A stretch of 20,000 nucleotides of DNA from an uncultured virus (IMG/VR IMGVR_UViG_3300020048_000096) (IMGVR_UViG_3300020048_000096:55595-75594); one strand, 5' to 3'; shown: positions 10,125 through 19,049, counted from the first letter of the stretch. The notes: generated by a model from the sequence alone, not told the origin. Numbers and translations: made by a program.

Positions 10125-13100
10125 ATGAGTTGTACAATAGCATATAAAGGAAAAGAGTATTCCGAGAAAGAGTTTCAGGATACTATGGAAAACAAAGCTT
10201 TAGCTGAAGCAGTAAACTCTATAAGCGACTATCCTTCTTCTCAGAGGGATAGCGTTATAGCAGAACGTTTTTATTTAAAGCAACTTCCTAACGGAAAGTT
10301 TGTAGCAAACCAAAAACAACTTGATGCTCTTCGGGAATGGATGAACAAACCTGGAGTTATGGGGGTTAAAATGATTACCAACAGGCTAAAAACAGAAACA
10401 CAATCTTTGCATTTGGTATCTTTCTTTACCCCTGAAAACACCAAGGAATCAGAACGTACTGTGGCCATAACTAAAAAAGTTAACTACGAAGAACAACAAG
10501 GCGACAGAGAACTTATTTCTCAGACCCTTGATAAGTTGACAGCTAAGATTCCGGGGCTGTCGTATGTATTTATAAATTCAGAACAACTGGTTCAAGAGGA
10601 GCATATCGCAGACGTGAATCTTATCAATGCCTTTGTAAAAGACGGTGTTATTTATATGGTTGAGGGTAGGGTAAATGTAGATACAGCAATGCAAGAAGCA
10701 TTGCATCCTTTTATAGAATCTTTATACAACGACAATAGAGGTTTGTTCAACGAATTATTGCGTACTGCCAAGAAGGAACACTTTGAAGTATATGAGCATA
10801 TTGCAAATCTATATGATGCCCAAACAGGATATTCTTCAACAGATATCAATAAAGAATTTGTAACTCGTATTTTTCAAGAGGCTATGCGTCTTGAGACTAC
10901 AGATGCTCCAAAGCAAACCAAATGGCAATTTTTGATTTCGCGTTTTTTCAAATGGCTTAGTGATTTTATGGGAATTACGAAAGGTGATGAACTTTCTTCA
11001 TTGGCTCCTTCAACAAGCATGAAGGAACTTGCCATAAAATTAAACCTGGATGTTATTAAGACGCACCTGCAGTTCACTAAAGGAGAAGTGTTCTATGATT
11101 TGAAATCGGACGAACAACAAGCGAGAGTGAACTTATTAATGGCCCAACCTGATGAACGTTTCTCACAAGAAGCATTAAGTGTGAAATTGGCCCATCAAAA
11201 GGCCCAGTTGAATATGATTTCAAAAAACATAGACGAGAACCTGAATCCCGTGTATGGTAACGCCATTACTAAGCAACGAGAAAAGTTGGTGTTATTTCAA
11301 AAGGCCACACAGAAATACATCGACCTTTTAGAAGACGCTATTAAAACCGGCGAAGAAAAAAGAACAGGAAGTGTTTCGGACTTTACAGGAATGGTAGAAT
11401 TTGTAGATGTAGACCAATATGAATCATTTAGCGGTCTTGGTATAATGCTTGGGCAGTTAATTTCAGACCTTCAGAAGGAAACTCTTGGGACAGAAGTGCA
11501 ATTAAGCAAGGCGTTTACAAGAAGTAAATTTAACGAAATTTATGATAAAATAAAAACAACGCATCCTACAGGTGTGACCTTGTTGTCAGAAGATGAAATA
11601 TACGACATGGCTGGAAGAATCATAAATGCCGTAGGAAATCACGCTGATACAGGAAGTATTATTCTTCCTCAAATGGTATTCGCAGGAGTAAGAGCTGACG
11701 GCAGACATATTATAGCCCATAACGACCTAACCGTTATTGACACCAAAGGAGAAGTTCATATTGTGCATTTCAAATCTCAAAAGATAAACAACATGACAAG
11801 TGTTGAGAATCCGAAGGCAGATGCTACCAAAGCGAAGATAGAACTAACGGCACGTTCCAAGCAGGCCACCAACAATTCTACTTTTACTCAGCCTGAATTC
11901 AACAATGAGTACAGAAGTACTTTTGATAACTGGGCCACTCAGTTGCTTGCAACAGAATATATTTTAAGACAGAACGATATCACTATTAGCCGTAAGGATA
12001 TTGTAAGTTTATTGTATGAATCAAAAGACAAGTTGACGGTAAATGCGTGGACTACTCATATTTTTCACGGGAATTTATACGACTACATGGCTGCCATAGT
12101 AGATAAAAACAGTGAAAAATTGTACACTGACTTTGGAAAAGAGTACTATAAAAAGATTGAAGATATCGTTGACCGGAATATTACATTGACCGAAGATCAG
12201 TCTAAAAAAAGAAAAGCTAACATTGAGAGATTTGCATTCAACATCTCAGAAGAAGGTTATGAAGCTTTGGAACTTCAGATGAAAGAACTGATAGCTCTTA
12301 ATAGAAATGAGTTATGGCAAGAAGTAAATAGGTTGGAAGCCACTAAGACGTACAGGAACAAACCAAAAGACCAGCTCACCAAAGAGGAAAAGCAGACTGA
12401 GGAAAATATTGCAATGCACCGAAAAAGGATAGAGACTCTGAACTCTTTTGAGCAGGTAATTGTTCAGGGAGAGGACTGGTTGAAATCTGTAAAAGTAAAA
12501 TTTGTAATAGACAGTTTGGATACAGATATTAAATCTTTACAAGAGTCTTGGAATACTCTCGCAATATCTGAAAATTCTTCTCAGAGGCACGAAGCAGCAA
12601 GGTCTTATGAAGCAATGGCTACTAAAATGCACACGCTTATCAATCTTCTTAAATCAGAACTTGAACAACAAAAAGAACATAAATTGATTACACAGGATGC
12701 TCCTGTTTTTCAAACCGTTTTAGACCTTGAGTTAAAATTGAATGCTATAAAGGATAAATTCAGAACATATTCACTGTATTCTACAGCAACTCTTCTGTAT
12801 AAAAACTTCGCGGCTGAAAACTCAGACCCTAATGTTGTGCCTGAAGCAATAGCAAACGTGATGAAAGAAATGAAATTAGCCGTAGAACCTCGTATTGCTA
12901 AACTTGAACAATTGATTGAAGACATTGAAGGAGGAAAAACATTAAGCAGAAAGAACAAGGCGTATGTAAGCGTTGTTAAATTTTTTAATCCTACACAAAT
13001 AGAAGCTCACGAAAAAAAGATGGACCCTTTATTGCCCGAAGCGAGAGCTATGGTGGTAAACCTTCAAGAAAAAATTAATGGGCTTAAATCGCTTTATGAA

Positions 13101-16100
13101 TTTGGAGAGGTATTCAATGTGGAAAGCATAGTGAAGTTCCTGAATGGAGTGACCGATGTGAGTAATCTGAATTATATGGGTTCTTCCGATCCTGTTTTAG
13201 GTGCTTTATTCACAGGAAATGTTGACCAGTTTTTTGCATCGGCGTCTAACAGTGATTTTATGCTTTCCGGTTTTACAATGTATATGAAAAACGCATTGGC
13301 AGATGCTCAGGGGGCTATGCAAGATTCATTTGCTGAAAACGACCTTCAGAATAAAATAGATAAAGCTCATAAAAACCTTTCTCAAAAACAATTGAACGAC
13401 GCCATTACGGAAATTGTAAATATTCGAGTAATGGAAAATAACGTTCAAGTGATAGATGAAAATGGAGATCCTGTATACAGACAAGAACTTCATTTGGTGA
13501 GTCCTGTTTCTCAGAGGTATACTCAGTATTTTGAAGAACAAAAAAATGCTATTATATCACGAGAAAAGGAAATTAGAGCCGTAAAAGAAAGCATACATCT
13601 GGAAAAGGATTATGCAAAACAGAAAGAAATTATTGAGACTCTAAAGCAGTTACAAATTGAGAATCAACTCAAGAAAGATGAGTATTTAGATTGGCAACTT
13701 ATGAACTCTTCAATGTTGTACGTAGAGGACTTCTACAAGATAGGAAAATTATTACCTCCTGAATTGCGTGGAGAATTAGAGAATATTCAGCTGCAAATAG
13801 AATTGCTGATGAATGAAAAAGGAAAAGGGAATGAAGAAGATGTAGATGAAGAAACCTACGATCAAATCAGACAGTTGATTATTGATATGAAGATGTTAAA
13901 AAGAGAATCTTCGGAAACGTCATCGGATGAATATGCCGAATATGTTGCTGCTGTAAATAAATTCTACGAATACTCGGACGACACATCCGCTTATAATATT
14001 GTATTAGACCGAAAGCAAAAAGAATACGCCAATCAACCTGAAAAATTACAGCGATTCATAGATAGAAATACTGTAAAAGTTGCAACGAAAGCTTTTTATG
14101 CAAAGAGAAAAGAGCTCTATGATAGAGTTACGGAGTTGACTAAAAGAGAGCAAGACTCTAATTTGAAAGAGATGAGGGACCGTAAAAACAAGATAATGTT
14201 TCCTTATAATCATGAGGGCGTCTTTGATCCTGAACACATGACAGAAAAGGACCGAAATGAGTTAGAAGAAGTTGTTCAGGCCATTGAAGAATACAATGAG
14301 GAAAATAGAAAAGGTGCTTCTACAGCTTTTATTGGACTGACTGCCGCTGAACAGAAAGAATTAAAGGGCTTGTTTAAAGAAATAAAAGAACTTACCAGAA
14401 ATGCGTTGAACAACGCTTATGTAGAAACTCGTTTCAGTTTTGAAAACACCTTGTTCTCTACAAAAAAACACATGGACATTGCGGCCACAAAAGTAATAGA
14501 AGCAGAAGCAGCCGGAGTTGTTGCGGAAATAGACGCCGCAAATGACGAGTTGATGCAGGCGACGTATGATTTTGGATTGGCGGAAGAGACTTTTAAAAAA
14601 TGGTATAACGAACACCACTACGCAGATTATATCTCTATAAATAGTGTTGCTAAAGTAGATTATACATCTGCTAAGTTATTCTTATATGAAAAAGTTCCAG
14701 TGTCAGAAGAACATTACGCTCCAAAGCCTATAAATAAATGGTTCAAACGTAACATTTCAGAGGCGGCCTACAATCCTAATTATAAAGAAATGGCAGATGG
14801 AACTCCTATGCCAAAAGGAATTATAGAGGGCCCTAACGGAGAATTAATTGTAACAGCTGAAGCAAGTAAAGAAAACTTAAACGAAAAGTATATTGCACTT
14901 TCTCAGAACACGGACGCGTATGATTTATACAATACCCTAACAAAGATGTATTTTGAAATGCAAAAGCGCATCTCGTTAAAAAGAGCCGGGTATAGAGTTC
15001 CTGGCGCTAAAGGAACCGGCATCGAGAATTTCACAGAAAGGAATTTATCAGACGCTCTGAGAGGTGAGTTTGGTAAAATGCGTGACGTCTTATTTACATT
15101 ACCTATTTCTCAAGAAGATATTATCTCTAACGAATACGGAGATACTGAAAAAAGAATACGTCACCGTCACAATGAGCAATATACTTTAGACATTCAGTCT
15201 TCAGATGCAGTAAGCTCTCTGTTAAAATGGATGCATGATTCTCACGTAAATGAGGCTATGACAGCTATTAATGCAGAGACAGAAATTTCAATTTCGTTTG
15301 TGGATAGTACAATTACAATGTTGGGTAGAGATCCTATAAAATATGAAAAACGCATCAAAGATTTGAAGCACTTAAAATCGCAAATGGTATTTGAGAAAGG
15401 AAAATTAGTGCACGGAATTACAGAGCAACAAGGTGCTCGTAAAGTTAAAAAGGCATTGGCTCATGTAATGACAATTGCCTCTTTTGGTAGACTTGGTTTT
15501 GATTTAATTGGGCAATTGAAAAACTACGCATCAGGTAATATACAAGCATTTTTAGCAGCAGACCCAAGCTCTCACTACTCTGTCAAAGATTACATTTGGG
15601 CAAAAGGTCAGATATATGGAATGAATGGATTCATAGGAAAGTATATTGCTGACTGGGGAAAGGCTGGAAATCTAAGCAAAGAGACACTTACTTACAGGAG
15701 GTTCAATCCCGTTCAAAAAGACCAAGCTACTTATTTAAGTAATGCTGGAGGAAAGCGTTCTCGCAGACTTCTTGAGAAATTATCATCCTTTCAAGAACTT
15801 GCATATATTTTTCAAGATAAAGGGGATACCGAAATTGGTATGACTGTTTGGTTGGCTACAATGCATGCTAAACGTTTTAGGCTTTTAGAAAAAGACGCTC
15901 AAGGAAACTGGGTACCTAAAGTGAAGGCTGACGGAACGCATGAGACAGTAACGGCATTGGATGTTTATTTTGTAGACGCTCAAGGCAAACTTGCCATCAG
16001 GGAAGATGTAGAGTTTACAAAACAAAATGAGCGTCGTATTAGGAACATCGTCTATTCAGAAATAAGAAGAGCACAAGGTAACTATGCTAAAAGTGATATG

Positions 16101-16871
16101 ACCGCTTCTGAGGCAACAGTTCTTGGAAAGTTCATCTTTTACTTTAAGAAATATTTAATTCCACAAGTGCTAAACCGCGTTGGGACATTGCGTCCGAACT
16201 GGGAAGGAGAACAAGCAGCGCTGGGCTATTGGAATGCGATGTACTCTATGTTAAATCTTTATAGTGGTAGAGATTTCTTTTCTTACTTGTTGTTCTCAGG
16301 ATTTTCAAAAAAAGCAGCGGCGAAAGCGGCAGGTACCGGTTCAAAAGTAAATAGTTATTATGCGGCAAAAGCTGCGCATGCGTCCCGCGAATTAATTCTA
16401 GGAGCTATTCTGACAAGCTTGAGTTTATTAATGCTAGGACTCGTGAAGCGTCGTAATGATGATGATGAAGAACTAGCACTGTTGGAAGGCGCTATGATTA
16501 GACTTATCTGGGGTATGAAGCAGGAAACTACTTCTTTGACGTTGATTCCAGGAATTGGAAGTGGTGATGAGTATATCAGAAACTTCTTTACCATATCGAG
16601 TTTGGTGACAGATGCTACAAAAATTTACAAAGCTACTCAGCATTTGATGGCAATGGCTATTATTTTGGCATACGACGAAGCGCCTGAAGAGAATGCTACA
16701 GGAATGATGGATATCATTTACAATGCAAACGTATATCAAAGAGATGTGGGGCCTTTCGAGGCGGGAACCCCAAAGATATATAAAGACGTGTATGATTATT
16801 CTGGATTGAAAAATATACACGATTTGTTACGACCGGATTACCGAATTTCTCAAATGGCTAAACGTCAATAA
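10125..16871 (+). CDS. Giant virion cargo/ejection protein (2,248 aa): degenerate zincin, degenerate PD-(D/E)xK fold, helical/coiled-coil body, C-terminal hydrophobic segment
   Basis: ATG start with an A-rich leader 23 nt after the RNAP stop. QEALHP at 10692; NDLTVIDTKGEVHIVHFKS at about 11721-11777; QGNY...LGKFIFYFKKY at about 16074-16155; LILGAILTSLSLLMLGLV followed by KRRNDDDEE at 16392-16472. Size and position next to a virion RNAP match co-ejected proteins of crAss-like phages. Confidence 0.78.
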   Translation: MSCTIAYKGKEYSEKEFQDTMENKALAEAVNSISDYPSSQRDSVIAERFYLKQLPNGKFVANQKQLDALREWMNKPGVMGVKMITNRLKTETQSLHLVSFFTPENTKESERTVAITKKVNYEEQQGDRELISQTLDKLTAKIPGLSYVFINSEQLVQEEHIADVNLINAFVKDGVIYMVEGRVNVDTAMQEALHPFIESLYNDNRGLFNELLRTAKKEHFEVYEHIANLYDAQTGYSSTDINKEFVTRIFQEAMRLETTDAPKQTKWQFLISRFFKWLSDFMGITKGDELSSLAPSTSMKELAIKLNLDVIKTHLQFTKGEVFYDLKSDEQQARVNLLMAQPDERFSQEALSVKLAHQKAQLNMISKNIDENLNPVYGNAITKQREKLVLFQKATQKYIDLLEDAIKTGEEKRTGSVSDFTGMVEFVDVDQYESFSGLGIMLGQLISDLQKETLGTEVQLSKAFTRSKFNEIYDKIKTTHPTGVTLLSEDEIYDMAGRIINAVGNHADTGSIILPQMVFAGVRADGRHIIAHNDLTVIDTKGEVHIVHFKSQKINNMTSVENPKADATKAKIELTARSKQATNNSTFTQPEFNNEYRSTFDNWATQLLATEYILRQNDITISRKDIVSLLYESKDKLTVNAWTTHIFHGNLYDYMAAIVDKNSEKLYTDFGKEYYKKIEDIVDRNITLTEDQSKKRKANIERFAFNISEEGYEALELQMKELIALNRNELWQEVNRLEATKTYRNKPKDQLTKEEKQTEENIAMHRKRIETLNSFEQVIVQGEDWLKSVKVKFVIDSLDTDIKSLQESWNTLAISENSSQRHEAARSYEAMATKMHTLINLLKSELEQQKEHKLITQDAPVFQTVLDLELKLNAIKDKFRTYSLYSTATLLYKNFAAENSDPNVVPEAIANVMKEMKLAVEPRIAKLEQLIEDIEGGKTLSRKNKAYVSVVKFFNPTQIEAHEKKMDPLLPEARAMVVNLQEKINGLKSLYEFGEVFNVESIVKFLNGVTDVSNLNYMGSSDPVLGALFTGNVDQFFASASNSDFMLSGFTMYMKNALADAQGAMQDSFAENDLQNKIDKAHKNLSQKQLNDAITEIVNIRVMENNVQVIDENGDPVYRQELHLVSPVSQRYTQYFEEQKNAIISREKEIRAVKESIHLEKDYAKQKEIIETLKQLQIENQLKKDEYLDWQLMNSSMLYVEDFYKIGKLLPPELRGELENIQLQIELLMNEKGKGNEEDVDEETYDQIRQLIIDMKMLKRESSETSSDEYAEYVAAVNKFYEYSDDTSAYNIVLDRKQKEYANQPEKLQRFIDRNTVKVATKAFYAKRKELYDRVTELTKREQDSNLKEMRDRKNKIMFPYNHEGVFDPEHMTEKDRNELEEVVQAIEEYNEENRKGASTAFIGLTAAEQKELKGLFKEIKELTRNALNNAYVETRFSFENTLFSTKKHMDIAATKVIEAEAAGVVAEIDAANDELMQATYDFGLAEETFKKWYNEHHYADYISINSVAKVDYTSAKLFLYEKVPVSEEHYAPKPINKWFKRNISEAAYNPNYKEMADGTPMPKGIIEGPNGELIVTAEASKENLNEKYIALSQNTDAYDLYNTLTKMYFEMQKRISLKRAGYRVPGAKGTGIENFTERNLSDALRGEFGKMRDVLFTLPISQEDIISNEYGDTEKRIRHRHNEQYTLDIQSSDAVSSLLKWMHDSHVNEAMTAINAETEISISFVDSTITMLGRDPIKYEKRIKDLKHLKSQMVFEKGKLVHGITEQQGARKVKKALAHVMTIASFGRLGFDLIGQLKNYASGNIQAFLAADPSSHYSVKDYIWAKGQIYGMNGFIGKYIADWGKAGNLSKETLTYRRFNPVQKDQATYLSNAGGKRSRRLLEKLSSFQELAYIFQDKGDTEIGMTVWLATMHAKRFRLLEKDAQGNWVPKVKADGTHETVTALDVYFVDAQGKLAIREDVEFTKQNERRIRNIVYSEIRRAQGNYAKSDMTASEATVLGKFIFYFKKYLIPQVLNRVGTLRPNWEGEQAALGYWNAMYSMLNLYSGRDFFSYLLFSGFSKKAAAKAAGTGSKVNSYYAAKAAHASRELILGAILTSLSLLMLGLVKRRNDDDEELALLEGAMIRLIWGMKQETTSLTLIPGIGSGDEYIRNFFTISSLVTDATKIYKATQHLMAMAIILAYDEAPEENATGMMDIIYNANVYQRDVGPFEAGTPKIYKDVYDYSGLKNIHDLLRPDYRISQMAKRQ

Positions 16872-16876
16872 TAATT

Positions 16877-16931
16877 ATAACGCGAAAGATAAGTGATTAA
16901 AAATCACGACATTTTTCGTGTTATTTCTATT
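16877..16931 (+). terminator. Long stem-loop after ORF2; putative terminator or RNA-processing site
   Basis: Outer stem ATAACGCGAAAGAT (16877-16890) pairs with ATTTTTCGTGTTAT (16911-16924), 14 bp including two G-U pairs. Inner stem GTGATT/AATCAC (16893-16898/16902-16907). Only a weak T-tract (TTCTATT) follows. Confidence 0.6.
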
Positions 16932-16940
16932 CACAAACAA

Positions 16941-16978
16941 AAATTTATTACTATATTATTAATAAGAGCTTCTGCTCT
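16941..16978 (+). promoter_or_regulatory. Possible phage late promoter/leader for the tail-fibre operon
   Basis: AT-rich AAATTTATTACTATATTATTAATA, then a small hairpin AGAGC-TTCT-GCTCT (16965-16978), in the only sizeable intergenic gap. There is no match to the Bacteroidota TAnnTTTG -7 box. Single occurrence, so support is weak. Confidence 0.3.
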
Positions 16979-16999
16979 GTTTGACAACATCTATTTAAT

Positions 17000-17536
17000 A
17001 TGAGTCTAATCCCTATAATAGTTCCAGAAGTAGGAAAACGCCCTGTCAAACCAAAAGACGGATTTAAAAAGATATACTATTACAATGGTGATCTATTAAT
17101 GATGGACTCTGACGGAAACGAAAAGAGCTTGCTTGGAATCCCGGAAGAATACGCTACATATTTATCAGAACTGCTAAATAATAATTTTATACACACTTCT
17201 TCACTGACAAATGAAGAAATTTATAATGGAAATAGCAGCCTGCTTGTCACAAAAAGTTATATAGACTTAATGTTTTTGACAATTATTACTGATTATGATG
17301 GTGATATTGAGGGTTTAAGAGATGAAGAAAATACAATTTTCAAACTAAGAAATGATTATGTAAGAGGAACAACAAGGGTTTACTTAAACGGTCAAAGATT
17401 ATTTCACGGAGATGGTTATGATTACCTAGAGACCGACGAGTCATTTCCTGAAAATTCAAAAACACTAATATTATCAGAACCTCTCTTCTCAGATGACCGA
17501 ATCACTATAGACTACAGAAGAAAATTACAGTTTTAA
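17000..17536 (+). CDS. Small virion structural / tail-fibre-associated protein (178 aa)
   Basis: Contains VTKSYID (a fibre ATKxYVD-type motif). The C-terminal ~70 aa module (GLRDEENTIFKL...VYLNGQRL..G..YDY...LILSEP..DDRITIDY) resembles the C-terminus of the next ORF. Confidence 0.65.
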   Translation: MSLIPIIVPEVGKRPVKPKDGFKKIYYYNGDLLMMDSDGNEKSLLGIPEEYATYLSELLNNNFIHTSSLTNEEIYNGNSSLLVTKSYIDLMFLTIITDYDGDIEGLRDEENTIFKLRNDYVRGTTRVYLNGQRLFHGDGYDYLETDESFPENSKTLILSEPLFSDDRITIDYRRKLQF

Positions 17537-17558
17537 AACATTAACTAAAATATAAAAA

Positions 17559-19034
17559 ATGGCTAATACAAAAATTAAATACAGACAATTAGACCTCGCT
17601 CTACAAGTTGTAGATGCTGATATTGCGTCTAATGCTGCTATCTCAACCACTAAGCTGGCAGATGGTGCGAATTTTTTAAATAAAAATGGATCGGTAGTAT
17701 GGACCGGAACTCAAAACGCAGGAGCTAATAAACTTTCCAATTTAGCAGAACCAACTGCCGGAACAGATGCCGCTACAAAAAATTATGTAGACGCAGCAAG
17801 ACAAGGTCTTGATGTTAAAGAATCCGTAAGAGTTGCCACAACATCTAACATTACCCTATCTGGAGTTCAGACTATTGATGGCGTTTCGTTAACGGTAGGA
17901 GACAGGGTTCTTGTTAAAAATCAAACTACCGGAGTTCAAAACGGTATTTATAACGTTGTTTCAGCAGCTTGGACAAGAAGTACCGATGCCGATGATAGTT
18001 CAAAGGTTACCGCAAACATGTTTGCTTTCGTAGAAGAAGGTACTGTTGGTTCAGATACAGGATGGACATTGTCTAATAATGGCGTGGTAACATTAGGCAC
18101 AACTGTTATAACTTTTGTGCAATTTTCTTCTGCTGGAATTGTAGTTGCCGACGAATCTACATTAACTAAAGTAGGAAATGTTGTATCGGTAAAAGCAAAC
18201 GGCATCACTAGCACACAGATTGCAGCACTGACTATTACGAACGCTCAAATATCATCGAGTGCGGCTATAGATCCTTCCAAAATTGCCACAAGTGCCAGTA
18301 ACAGATTTGTAACAGATACTGAAAAAAGTACTTGGAACGGGAAACAAGACGTTATAGCTCTTGGAACAACTGCTCAGTACTGGAGAGGTGATAAAACTTT
18401 TCAAACTTTAAATACAAGTGCTGTTCCTGAAGGTACATCTCAATACTTTACTGCAGCAAGGGTACTTGCCACGCCTTTGACAGGTATGGTTTTAACAAAT
18501 AGCGCAGATGTAATTGCTTCTGATAGCGTTGTTACTGCTTTTGGTAAACTTCAAGCGCAATTAGATCTTACTCAGACAGGAAATGCAAACTTAACGGCAT
18601 TGGCCGGATTGACGGGAGCCGCCGATAAAGTTATCTATTTTACTGGTGCTGGCGCAATGGCTCACTCAACATTGACTTCTTTTGCCAGAACCTTGTTGGA
18701 TGATACTACTCAGTCTGCAATGCAGTCAACATTAGGTTTGGTTCCTGGTACAAATGTTCAAGCCTACGATTCGACTCTTATAAATGCAGCCAATCTTAAA
18801 ACTAGTTTTCTTTTAAACTATATTGTGAGAGAGACGGTAGGTGGAACTCTTAACGGTTCTAATACTGCGTTCACTCTAGCAAATGCAGCTGTTGCGGGAA
18901 CAGAGATGTTGTTTTTAAACGGTGTTTTACAAAATCCAGGGGCATCGAACGATTATATCATTTCAGGAAGTTCAATTACACTTTCAGGACCTCCTATTTC
19001 TGGAGATATTATATTGTGTACTTATTTTAAATAA
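17559..19034 (+). CDS. Mosaic tail fibre protein (491 aa)
   Basis: Neck-like KLSNLAEPTAGTDAATKNYVD; a COG5301-type fibre domain DVKESVRVATTSNITLSGVQTIDGVSLTVGDRVLVKNQT..QNGIY (about 17811-18125); RFVTDTEKSTWNGK; QYWRGDK...AFGKLQAQL; LTALAGL..AADKVIYFTG. The protein is rich in Thr, Ala, Ser and Gly. Confidence 0.88.
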   Translation: MANTKIKYRQLDLALQVVDADIASNAAISTTKLADGANFLNKNGSVVWTGTQNAGANKLSNLAEPTAGTDAATKNYVDAARQGLDVKESVRVATTSNITLSGVQTIDGVSLTVGDRVLVKNQTTGVQNGIYNVVSAAWTRSTDADDSSKVTANMFAFVEEGTVGSDTGWTLSNNGVVTLGTTVITFVQFSSAGIVVADESTLTKVGNVVSVKANGITSTQIAALTITNAQISSSAAIDPSKIATSASNRFVTDTEKSTWNGKQDVIALGTTAQYWRGDKTFQTLNTSAVPEGTSQYFTAARVLATPLTGMVLTNSADVIASDSVVTAFGKLQAQLDLTQTGNANLTALAGLTGAADKVIYFTGAGAMAHSTLTSFARTLLDDTTQSAMQSTLGLVPGTNVQAYDSTLINAANLKTSFLLNYIVRETVGGTLNGSNTAFTLANAAVAGTEMLFLNGVLQNPGASNDYIISGSSITLSGPPISGDIILCTYFK

Positions 19035-19049
19035 TAAATAAATTATAAA

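Noticed and set aside
10090..10127. Frameshift or readthrough fusing ORF1 and ORF2
   Set aside because: The ORFs are in different frames, and the ORF2 frame has a TAA at 10104-10106 just after the ORF1 stop, so neither a simple shift before the stop nor plain readthrough joins them.
1..16871. Inteins or self-splicing introns in the giant genes
   Set aside because: The frames are uninterrupted, there is no internal Cys, and I saw no intein splice-junction pair or LAGLIDADG/HNH motif.
16965..16978. Small hairpin as an N4-style virion-RNAP hairpin promoter
   Set aside because: The enzyme is unrelated to N4 vRNAP, the downstream genes are late structural genes, and a 5-bp stem can arise by chance.
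915..18214. Short minus-strand ORFs in the track (61-191 aa, e.g. 8277-8852, 16473-16820, 17948-18214)
   Set aside because: All lie fully antisense to long, motif-bearing genes and show no recognisable motifs; they are best explained as shadow ORFs.
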